A stretch of 64,000 nt of DNA from Bugula neritina (Eukaryota; Animalia; Bryozoa), in NCBI GenBank assembly GCA_964035545.1, contig OZ037766.1, forward strand, positions 33,098,773-33,162,772, in the 5' to 3' direction. The notes under the pieces are model-generated. The model made no database searches and was not told the origin of the DNA. It saw only the letters and a program-made list of their open reading frames with translations. Positions 50,201-61,286 of this stretch are shown here, piece after piece (positions within the stretch are counted from its first letter, which is position 1; each line of letters opens with the position of its first letter). Both the position numbers and the translations under genes were made by a program.

Positions 50201-53200
50201 ACTGCACTCAGTCACCCTCAACTCAGAGCTGCTTATAGAATAATTCCATCAACTCACCTGTCTCAAGGTCACCAGTCTCAAGGTCACCGTAAGAAAACTT
50301 CTCCGGGTAGTTAGAGTTGGTATGGTTGGTAAGAGCGCCGTTGCCATTACACATGCCGTTGACATGCAAATGATCAACATAGCCATTGTCCTGTATTAGT
50401 GCGACTCTGTCTGCTGGGGTATATTCAGTGCGATACGTCAGGCCGTTACCGTGGTGACCAACTTGCCTGAGTTCCTCGGGGTACCAGAGTTCCTTCCTTC
50501 AATGTCATAGGTCATACACTATATATATATTTACCTTAACACATACACTATATACATATTTACCGTAGTACATACACTATATACATATTTACCGTAGTAC
50601 ATACACTATATACATACACTATATAATACATAGAAGCAGCACACACAGTGATCTTGTAACTCATTTCATCTAAGGACAACCTTAAACTCAATGGGGAAAA
50701 GCTGACACTGAGATAATGTTATAAAAAACAAATTCTCAATTTCACTTTAAATGTTAAAACACATTCAGTAATAAACAAAGTACATAATGAAGAAAATAGT
50801 ATAAATGATGAGGGGGATAACTCCTTCAAAATTTTCCTTAGCAGGTCAGTGACACCTGTAGAGTACATCTAACTGAACTCTAACCTTTGCTCCTGTGCTC
50901 TCTCTAGTATGCGTGACTTCACTTCCGGCTCCTTCACCTGGTCCACTGTGTCAACATAATAACATTGTTTTACAATCCAAGTCAATTAAAAACTTGAATA
51001 GTGGGAGTTAATGAGATCATTTAGTAGCCTAAGTATGTATGCACGTCATAATGTCACTAAATTTAGTTAATTCAACAATCTACAGGTACTAAGAAGAGAT
51101 TAATAAACATTAATGTCACAATTTCTGGAGTGTAAGTTCCAACATAAACTCAACAGACATGGTTCTACTTCTCTACTACTCACTCACTTTGCTATTCACA
51201 CTCTACTTCTCACTCTCTACTGTTCACACTCTCTACTTCTCACTCTCTACTGTTCACACTCTCTACTTCTCACTCTCTACTGTCCATACTCTCTAGTTAT
51301 AGTTACCTACTGACACAGATTGTGACAGCGAGACAGTAACTAACGCTGCCCATCCAGTAACAGGATGTATTTGTGTCAACGACTTCTCAGAATTTATAAA
51401 AATACGTCTGAACTGGCAGCAATAAAACGGAGAGAAGTAATCAGGCGCCTCCAGACTGCCAAGTTCACAATAATACATGCAAAAACAAACTTTAAAATAA
51501 TAAGTCAGAAGCCAATGTGCTGGAAAATGAGAAAAATTGTATAAATCTTTTGCCTAAAAAAACTTTTGAATAAACAGTTAACAAACGCGAACCCGGTTGT
51601 GGTGTTGTGTGAATATATATTTGTTGTTATTCGCGCGATCTTCATGGGGTTAATTAAAAACCAATATTTGCTTAGGTTACGGAGAAGGTTTCTGTTAGCA
51701 ATGTCAAAAATCATAAGCGGTTATTCATGTTTACACAACATTTATTTTCCGCCTGTTTGTCGGCAGAGAATCAATGTCAAAAGATGAAAATGACTTGTAC
51801 GAAGATGCGACCAACTTTTCCAGTATTTCAAGTAACCATTGTTTATCCATTCCACAGACTACTACTAGAATATATTCAACTACTGGTTTGAGAAGATGGA
51901 AATTGCTTGTGTAAAATTCCAACAATAGTTGAGAATTTTAGAATCTATTTTAGAGCTGCATAACTTGAATATTAGACTAAAATATATGGAGAATATCCAG
52001 CTGATGTATCTGAAGACTGTGGAAGATGCTGACAGCACGGCAGCACGTAGATGATGGCGTTGACAAATTCAATCTGATTGGCCAGCACAAGATGTTTGAA
52101 GAAAGTACAACCATGTTGCAACACAGTTGATGATACACTGGCACTTCACTCTCTCTGTTGTATATAGTTGTATTAAACTTGTTGAGATAGAGTTGATACA
52201 GTATACAATACTCAGACTAGAGTACTAAGGTGAGATAGAGTAGTACAGTATACAGTACTCAGACTAGAGTACTAAGGTGAGATAGAGTAGTACAGTATAC
52301 AGTACTCAGACTAGAGTGCTAAGGTGAGATAGAGTAGTACAGTATACAGTACTCAGACTAGAGTACTAAGTTAAGATAGAGTAGTACAGTATACAGTACT
52401 CAGACTAGAGTACTAAGTTAAGATAGAGTAGTACAGTATACAATACTCAGACTAGAGCACTAAGTAAGATAGAGTAGTACAGTATACAATACTCAGACTA
52501 GAGTACTAAGTTAAGATAGAGTAGTACAGTATACAGTACTCAGACTAGAGTACTAAGGTAAGATAGAGTAGTACAGTATACAATACTCAGACTAGAGTAC
52601 TAAGTTAAGATAGAGTAGTACAGTATACAATACTCAGACTAGAGTACTAAGTTAAGATAGAGTAGTACAGTATACAGTACTCAGACTAGAGTACTAAGTT
52701 AAGATAGAGTAGTACAGTATACAGTACTCAGACTAGAGTACTAAGTTAAGATAGAGTAGTACAGTATACAATACTCAGACTAGAGTGCTAAGGTGAGATA
52801 GAGTAGTACAGTATACAATACTCAGACTAGAGTACTAAGTTAAGATAGAGCAGTACAGTATACAATACTCAGACTAGAGTGCTAAGGTGAGATAGAGTAG
52901 TACAGTATACAATACTCGGACTAGAGTACTAAGGTGAGATAGAGTAGTACAGTATACAATACTCAGACTAGAGTGCTAAGGTGAGATAGAGTAGTACAGT
53001 ATACAATACTCAGACTAGAGTACTAAGGTGAGATAGAGTAGTACAGTATACAATACTCAGACTAGAGTACTAAGTTAAGATAGAGTAGTACAGTATACAA
53101 TACTCAGACTAGAGTACTAAGTTAAGATAGAGTAGTACAGTATACAATACTCAGACTAGAGTGCTAAGGTGAGATAGAGTAGTACAGTATACAATACTCA

Positions 53201-56200
53201 GACTAGAGTGCTAAGGTGAGATAGAGTAGTACAGTATACAATACTCAGACTAGAGTACTAAGGTGAGATAGAGTAGTACAGTATACAATACTCAGACTAG
53301 AGTACTAAGGTGAGATAGAGTAGTACAGTATATAATACTCAGACTTACGGATATGATCTGCCAGGTTATAGTTAGTTGGACACTTGAGGTCGATGCTGCT
53401 AAAGAAGTCAGCACATCTCTGTATGTCACCGAAGAAGGCCACTTCGCCATCACACAATAGCAAGAGCTTATCAAACAGGTTGAAGATTTTACTTGATGGT
53501 TGGTGAATAGACACAATGACAGTCTTCCCGGAAATCCTAGCAAAGTCTTTAATGGTTGTGCATAGATTGTAGGCGGTGGAGGAATCTAAGCCAGAGGTTG
53601 GCTCCTAAAACATTTGGACAAATTAGCAAACGAGTGTATAAATTTCTCTTACAAACAGAATGACCCCCTTTCTGTATCCTACCATCTCTCTGTATCCTAC
53701 CAAGGTCTCTGTATCCTACCAACTCTCTCTGTATCCTACTAACCCTCTCTCTGTATCCTACCAACTCTCTCTGTATCCTACCAACTCTCTCTCTGTATCC
53801 TACCAACTCTCTCTCTGTATCCTACCATCTCTCTCTGTATCCTACTAACTCTCTTTCTGTATCCTACCAACTCTCTCTGTATCCTACCAACTCTCTCTGT
53901 ATCCTACTAACCCTCTCTCTGTATCCTACCAACTCTCTCTGTATTCTACCATCTCTCTCTCTGTATCCTACCAACTCTCTCTGTATCCTACCAACTCTCT
54001 TTCTGTATCCTACCAACTCTCTCTCTGTATCCTACCAACTCTCTCTGTATCCTACCAACTCTCTCTGTATCCTACCAACTCTCTTTCTGTATCCTACCAA
54101 CTCTCTCTCTGTATCCTACCAACTCTCTCTGTATCCTACCAACTCTCTCTGTATCCTACCAACTCTCTCTCTGTATCCTACCATCTCTCTCTGTATCCTA
54201 CTAACTCTCTTTCTGTATCCTACCAACTCTCTCTGTATCCTACCAACTCTCTCTGTATCCTACCAACCCTCTCTGTATCCTACCAACTCTCTCTCTGTAT
54301 CCTACCATCTCTCTCTGTATCCTACTAACTCTCTTTCTGTATCCTACCAACTCTCTCTGTATCCTACCAACCCTCTCTGTATCCTACCAACTCTCTCTCT
54401 GTATCCTACCATCTCTCTCTGTATCCTACTAACTCTCTTTCTGTATCCTACCAACTCTCTCTGTATTCTACCAACTCTCTCTGTATCCTACCAACCCATC
54501 CCTCCAATTTATCAATTCCACTATTAAAACTCAGCAAAAATACTGCAGATGTTACCCTGTATAGCATGAGATCTTATGACATATATTACTTGGGCCTTGA
54601 CTAGGTAAGTACGGGTAGTGGCGTAGGCTACCCAGTGCAGTGTGTTTGTGAATTGTCAGAGTCTGAGCTAGTACGTCATCAGAATGGTAAATGTCACAGA
54701 AGCTATAATGTCAGGTGGGGAGGTGAAAACTAAGCAGGCATTCTCTCTAAATGCGCATTACGGTCGTTGGCTTACAGCAGGCTGCTATGACGTAAGTAGA
54801 CAAATCAGCAAATATAAATAGAAAATCACATGTTGCTGTTTACGAGTCCAGATCACATATGAGTGGTTCTACCTTTGGAGTTTTTTTATAATCTAAATTC
54901 GTATGAATGTCAGTATTTCCACAAACAACATATCATAATAAAAACCATGGAGAGCAGAAGTTTTAGTGTATACCACAACTCACTTACATCTAACAGCATG
55001 AGGGTTGGGTTTGTCAGCAATTCACAGGCTATTGTGGTTCGCTTTCTTTCTCCGCCCGACAGTCCAGCATGTCCGGCATCTCCCACTCCTAAAGTATTAC
55101 AGCAAGTCACTCATATTACAGGTGGGCTGAAGAAAGACTTCTATTTTAGAATAAGTTTACATTTTTTATTCAAATGGATATAAATGTAAAAAGTTTAAAA
55201 ATAAAAAACATTTTGATAAGCAGGCTATGAGAGAAGAAGGGGTGGTCTGATACACCTGCCCATAGAGTAACACAAGAAGGTGGATATCTGTAAGTTATAT
55301 AGAAAGTGAGCGTATGCTTAGTACAGATGGAACCAGCTAGCTAAATAATGTGTCAGCTGATAATGTGTCAGTTAAATAATGTGTCAGCTGATAATGTGTC
55401 AGCTGGTAATGTGTCAGCTAAATATTGTCTCAGCTGATAATGTGTCAGCTGATGAAACAGAAACTCACTCGTGTTGATACATTTCCGCATTTCCAGGGCG
55501 TCGATGATTTCATACACCCTTTTCTTCTTTTCTGCCATCGGCATTGACCCTGGTAGACGGAGTAGGGCTGTGTACTAAATATAGCAACATTATAGCATAG
55601 TTAGTTAGTATATTTAAAATATATCAACATTATAGCATAGTTAGTTGATATATTCTAAATATATCAACATTATAGCATAGTTAGTTGATATATTCTAAAT
55701 ATATCAACATTATAGCATAGTTAGTTAGTATATTCTAAATATATCAACATTATAGCATAGTTAGTTAGTATATTCTAAATATATCAACATTATAGCATAG
55801 TTAGTATATTCTAAATATAGCAACGTTATAGCATAGTTAGCCTAGGGCCACACGGTGCGTATTTTCGCATGCGAAAATTGAAATCACAAGTAGCAAAGGT
55901 GTCCACTGTGCGCGTTGAGAAAACCTTCGCACTTGTCGTTCTGCATTTTCAACGCAAGTGCGAACCGTCTCTGTCGTCGTCACCTAATTGGCTGGTAGCT
56001 ATTCAGCGAGCCCAATTTTTTTATTTAGTGCTATATTCCAGTAAATTGCGTTTTATTGAAAGCGAGTGCGATTTAAAAATGAAAGCTTTATTTATCACGC
56101 ATCACTGACGCTACAGTGGACACCTTTGCTACTCGTGATTTTAATTTTCGCATGCGAAAATACGCACAGTGTGGCCCTAAGCTTAGTTGATATATTTAAA

Positions 56201-59200
56201 ATAGAATGTGATATTATTATTTATTTATTAACAGAATATGATATAATTATTAGATACCAAATCATATACTGTGATATTATAATATACGTATTAATAGAAT
56301 GTGATATTAGTAGATACTAAATAATAGAATGTGATATTAGTAGATACTAAATAATAGAATGTGATATTAGTAGATACTAAATAATAGAATGTGATATTAA
56401 TAGATACTAAATAATAGAATGTGATATTAGTAGATACTAAATAATAGAATGTGACATTAGTAGATACTAAATAATAGAATGTGACATTAGTAGATACTAA
56501 ATAATAGAATGTGATATTAGTAGATACTAAATAATAGAATGTGACATTAGTAGATACTAAATAATAGAATGTGATATTAGTAGATACTAAATAATAGAAT
56601 GTGATATTAGTAGAACTATACAGTCTAGGTCAGAAAGCTCACAGTACTAATCTAAAAACAGAACAGAACCTTTCTATGGATATATAAGTCTATGATGTCA
56701 TTTTAAGGCAGAATAAATGTATTACTGGATATTCCAAGAATTTCCAGACCAGCACATAAACAAGAGAGAGTTGGGTGAAGAAATGAGATTGTTGTCCCAA
56801 GGCCCTCAACATACAGGATGATTAAACAGTGCAGTGTTTAGCTAACACACATCAGCTGTTAGACAGGGCTCTGCATCAAACGGAATCAAAACATGCAAAG
56901 TTTTAGACCTTGGATAGAATTTGAGACGTTTGAACTTTTCAGAAAGAAAAGGCACAACTCCAGAACAGAAATAAAATCAACAGAACTTGTTTTTGATAAT
57001 AAATGTGTTGATGTTACAGAAAATGCCAAAACACAAGAGCTAAACTCAGACCAGAACCAATGACTATCTGTGTAACAAATAAGAACTCAATTCAGGCAAA
57101 TTCATTAATTTTATTGAAAAATTTTTTTATTTCAATAGATAATAATACTTCCATCACCTGAAAAAATATTATTGATCTATCAATCTATTGATCTATAGCA
57201 GGTGATAAATTAGTAGTCAAGGATGGATGGAGAACTGACACTTCACTCACCTTCCAAATATAATAATTGATGACTGTCAAGTTTAAAGGAAAGCTGGCAC
57301 ACCAACAGCTGTTATTTACAATTTTAAAGGTGTTTTTGATATTTTGCAATTTATCCATTTCAGCATTGGGATATGAAAACATGCTGCCCTATATGTAAAC
57401 AACACACTGGCAACTTGCATTTAGAGGCAGGCTCACAGAACTGAATGTTTATGCCACCTGGGGTGCCTTATTCTGGTCATGTCAAATAGCATATTATAAC
57501 TTGGAGTTGGAAACTTGACATTGAAATCAGCTACCTGCTCACAATGCCAAAATTGTGTTGGCATTGTGAGCAGGTAGCATACAGTGCCCTGGGATACACT
57601 GGCAATGCCCTTCAAAAGTACTTTACACTGCACTACTCTACTCTATACTCTACTCTATACTACTCTATACTACTCTACTCTATACTACTCTACTCTATAC
57701 TACTCTACTCTATACTACTCTACTCTACTCTATACTACTCTACTCTATACTACTCTACTCTACTCTACTCTACTCTACTCTACTCTACTCTACTCTATAC
57801 TACTCTACTCTACTCTATACTACTCTACTCTATACTACTCTACTCTACTCTACTCTACTCTATACTACTCTACTCTATACTACTCTACTCTATACTACTC
57901 TACTCTACTCTACTCTACTCTATACTACTCTACTCTACTCTACTCTACACTACTCTATACTACTCTATACTACTCTGCTCTATACTACTCTATACTACTC
58001 TATACTACTCTACTCTATACTACTCTACTCTATACTACTCTATACTACTCTACTCTATACTACTCTACTCTATACTACTCTATACTACTCTATACTACTC
58101 TACTCTATACTACTCTATACTACTCTATACTACTCTACTCTACTCTATACTACTCTATACTACTCTACTCTATACTACTCTACTCTACACTACTCTATAC
58201 TACTCTACTCTATACTACTCTATACTACTCTATACTACTCTACTCTACTCTATACTACTCTATACTACTCTATACTACTCTACTCTACTCTATACTACTC
58301 TATACTACTCTACTCTATACTACTCTACTCTATACTACTCTACACTACTCTATACTACTCTACTCACCCATATTGTCTCCCAACATGTTAGTTCAGATAG
58401 AAATATATCGTTTTGCAGAACAAAGGAGATTTTTCTCCGCAGCTGTTTGTTGATTGGTGAAAGGTCCATGCTGATGCTGCCGCTGTCCGCGTCCTTACGA
58501 CCAGCCAGACAGTTCAGCAGCGTCGACTTTCCAGCACCTGAAATCATAAACTATGTGTAGTTCTGATGGCTTCATAAAAACTTGAGAATATTTCTCACGG
58601 AGGTGGAATTTAGTTGGTACTGGAATGTTGGGCTGGGACAGCCACTCGCCTCTACAAAGCTGAACGCTGCCAGAAAACTGTCTGCCAGAATATTGTGAAA
58701 CTCATTAAATATCACCCACAGGGATTATGGGAACAAATAGATTTAGCTGAGAAATGTGTTGGAAGTGTTGGGTGTTGACACCAGAACTGATAGGTTCACA
58801 CAAGAGATACCTTAACTGTATACACCAAACAGGTTACACAGCTTAGTTTTAATTTAAATTCTTTTATGAAAAAAGGAATGAATGTTGAACTACAACTAAA
58901 GCATATCTAGCCTTCCTTAACCTTCATTCTAAGGTTAACTAAACCTTGGCAACTTTTTACAGAAGTCATAAAATAGTAATTTAATACTAAGAATGTTATT
59001 AAAGTTCATTTCTATAAATACCATCAATCAAAGTTCAACCTAAAGTTCGATGGCATTGAGTGACACGAAAGGAGGATCAGAAAGTAAAGACATTCTCAGC
59101 AGTTTCCAACATCTCAGCTTTACAAATATCAGACATATTGCAAACAATAAAGAGCAGATGCATGAAATTCACCTCATATGCAGCCCGAAATATGCTGTCA

Positions 59201-61286
59201 AAAAATTGCAAAGCAGCAACACGACTAGAAATGCACGACAGGAAATAGGAGTAGCTAATCTGAGTGGTGGAGACTTTCTCAAGGACATACTGGGGTCAAC
59301 TCACCGGAAGGGCCCATCAGTGCCAACATCTCTCCCGGTTCTGCCACTCCACTCACTCCGGAGAGGATGTCTTTCTTCCCGATCTGCACCCCAACATCCT
59401 TGAACACGAGTCGGCAGCCCCGAGATTGGTGCCTCTCTCCTGATCTACACACAGTTGTATACACTTACAGTTGTATACGCTTACAGTTGTATGTACTTAC
59501 AGTTGTATGTACTTATAGTTCTATATACTTACAGTTGTATGTACTTACAGTTGTATGTACTTACAGTTGTATGTACTTACAGTTGTATGTACTTACAGTT
59601 GTATGTACTTACAGTTGTATGTACTTATAGTTCTATATACTTACAGTTGTATATACTTACAGTTGTATATACTTACAGTTGTATATACTTGCAGTTTCAG
59701 TGCCATGAACTACTTTAACAATTACTTTAAAATATCAACAGGGAAAGATAGGGAGTTACCTGTACATGGAAACTACACGATTATAATACCATTCAGGAGT
59801 GAATTAAACATTGAAGCAGCAACACTGACCAGCTGTGGTTACTACACTGCAACCATCATCATCCTTATAAACTGAAAGACATTTCTAGTTTTGTCTGAAT
59901 ATGATGGAGCTTACTAGCACAGCATTAGCTTAGGGCAGGGCTAGTATATGACAGAGCTAGTATATGACAGAGCTAGTATATGACAGAGCTAGTATATGAC
60001 AGAGCTAGTATATAACAGAGCTAGTATATGACAGAGCTAGTATATGACAGAGTTAGCATATGACAGAGCTAGTATATGACAGAGCTAGTATATGACAGAG
60101 CTAGTATATGACAGAGCTAGTATATAACAGAGCTAGTATATGACAGAGCTAGTATATGACAGAGTTAGCATATGACAGAGCTAGTATATGACAGAGCTAG
60201 TATATGACAGAGCTAGTATATAACAGAGCTAGTATATGACAGAGCTAGTATATGACAGAGCTAGTATATGACAGAGTTAGCATATGACAGAGCTAGCATA
60301 TGACAGAGCTAGTATATGACAGAGCTAGTATATGACAGAGCTAGTATATGACAGAGCTAGTATATGACAGAGCTAGTATATGACAGAGCTAGTATATGAC
60401 AGAGCTAGTATATGACAGAGTTAGCATATGACAGAGCTAGCATATGACAGAGCTAGTATATGACAGAGCTAGTATATAACAGAGCTAGTATATAACAGAG
60501 CTAGTATATGACAGAGTTAGTATATGACAGGGCTAGTATATGACAGGGCTAGTATATGACAGAGCTAGTATATGACAGAGCTAGCATATAACAGGGCTAG
60601 CATATAACAGAGCTAGTATATGACAGAGTTAGCATATAACAGGGCTAGTATATGACAGAGCTAGTATATAACAGAGCTAGTATATGACAGAGCTAGTATA
60701 TGACAGAGCTAGTATATGACAGAGCTAGTATATGACAGAGTTAGTATATGACAGAGTTAGCATATAACAGGGCTAGCATATAACAGAGCTAGTATATAAC
60801 AGAGTTAGCATATAACAGGGCTAGCATATAACAGAGTTAGTATATGACAGAGCTAGTATATGACAGAGTTAGCATATAACAGGGCTAGCATATAACAGAG
60901 CTAGTATATAACAGAGCTAGTATATGACAGAGCTAGTATATGACAGAGCTAGTATATAACAGAGCTAGTATATGACAGAGCTAGTATATAACATAGCTAG
61001 TATATGACAGAGCTAGCATATGACAGAGCTAGTATATGACAGAGCTAGTATATGACAGAGTTAGTATATGACAGAGTTAGCATATAACAGAGCTAGTATA
61101 TAACAGAGCTAGTATATAACAGAGTTAGTATATGACAGAGCTAGTATATGACAGAGCTAGCATATAACAGAGCTAGTATATGACAGGGCTAGCATATAAC
61201 AGGGCTAGTATATGACAGAGCTAGTATATGACAGGGCTAGCACAGTATCTTGAAGTGGGCTGGCTACACACTCACCCCGCACTCAT
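47217..61286 (-). CDS. ABCG (White-family) half-transporter, NBD-TMD order, about 685 aa
   Basis: 14 exons: 61286-61276, 59444-59305, 58537-58368, 55574-55469, 55088-54988, 53604-53349, 50945-50885, 50496-50258, 49819-49696, 49515-49380, 48976-48919, 48696-48479, 47835-47630, 47448-47217 (2058 nt, open). Walker A GPSGAGKST, signature LSGGERKR, Walker [45 protein letters not shown]. The start may lie further upstream. Confidence 0.92.
47530..47640. repeat. 17-bp repeat made of the exon 13/intron 13 donor junction
   Basis: Minus strand (ATTCATATAGA|GTAAGT)n, about 6 copies. Confidence 0.9.
48018..48431. mobile_element. PIF/Harbinger-type MITE in ABCG intron 12
   Basis: TIR AGTTGCGTTTATACCT / AGGTATAAACGCAACT with TAA TSD on both sides. 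Confidence 0.8.
49087..49364. repeat. 20-bp minisatellite next to the exon 10 donor
   Basis: acagagcacctgctctca(t/a)g, about 14 copies. Confidence 0.9.
49529..49707. repeat. 38-bp repeat containing the exon 9 donor and filling almost all of intron 9
   Basis: Minus strand CTGACACGCAG|GTAAGGTGGTTGTACAGACAACTCCTA, about 4.7 copies. Confidence 0.9.
50097..50242. mobile_element. Palindromic mini-MITE or hairpin (~65-bp arms) in ABCG intron 8
   Basis: tattctataggcagctctaagttgagggtga..ttttcaagtttag / ctaaacttgaaaa..tcaccctcaactcagagctgcttatagaata. Confidence 0.65.
52185..53345. repeat. 47-bp minisatellite (about 24 units) starting at the exon 6 donor
   Basis: gagatagagtagtacagtatacaatactcagactagagtactaaggt. 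Confidence 0.95.
53671..54495. repeat. 20-22-bp pyrimidine-rich minisatellite
   Basis: (ctctctctgtatcctaccaa)n. Confidence 0.95.
55575..55840. repeat. 40-bp repeat containing the exon 4 acceptor
   Basis: ctaaatatatcaacattatagcatagttagttgatatatt; on the minus strand most units end in TATATTTAG. Confidence 0.9.
55845..56177. mobile_element. PIF/Harbinger-like MITE with ~65-bp TIRs
   Basis: GGGCCACAC.GTGCGTATTTTCGCATGCGAAAATT.AAATCAC.AGTAGCAAAGGTGTCCACTGT and its reverse complement, flanked by TA. Confidence 0.8.
56290..56593. repeat. 30-bp minisatellite
   Basis: aatagaatgtgatattagtagatactaaat, about 10 copies. Confidence 0.95.
57632..58365. repeat. (TACTC/TATAC)n simple repeat starting inside the exon 3 donor
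   Basis: Minus strand TGG|GTGAGTAGAGTAGTATAG...; it explains the LYST ORFs. Confidence 0.95.
59451..59695. repeat. 16-bp repeat abutting the exon 2 acceptor
   Basis: (acagttgtatgtactt)n. Confidence 0.9.
59936..61243. repeat. 16-bp minisatellite (about 80 units) in the first coding intron of ABCG
   Basis: (ctagtatatgacagag)n. Confidence 0.95.

Noticed and set aside
51309-52150. Possible transposon in ABCG intron 6 with short ORFs
   Set aside because: Only weak inverted similarity (gtcaacg/cgttgac) and no TSD or protein motif.
57544-58560. 338-aa and 289-aa LYST-repeat ORFs
   Set aside because: Translation of a simple repeat, antisense to ABCG intron 3 and exon 3.
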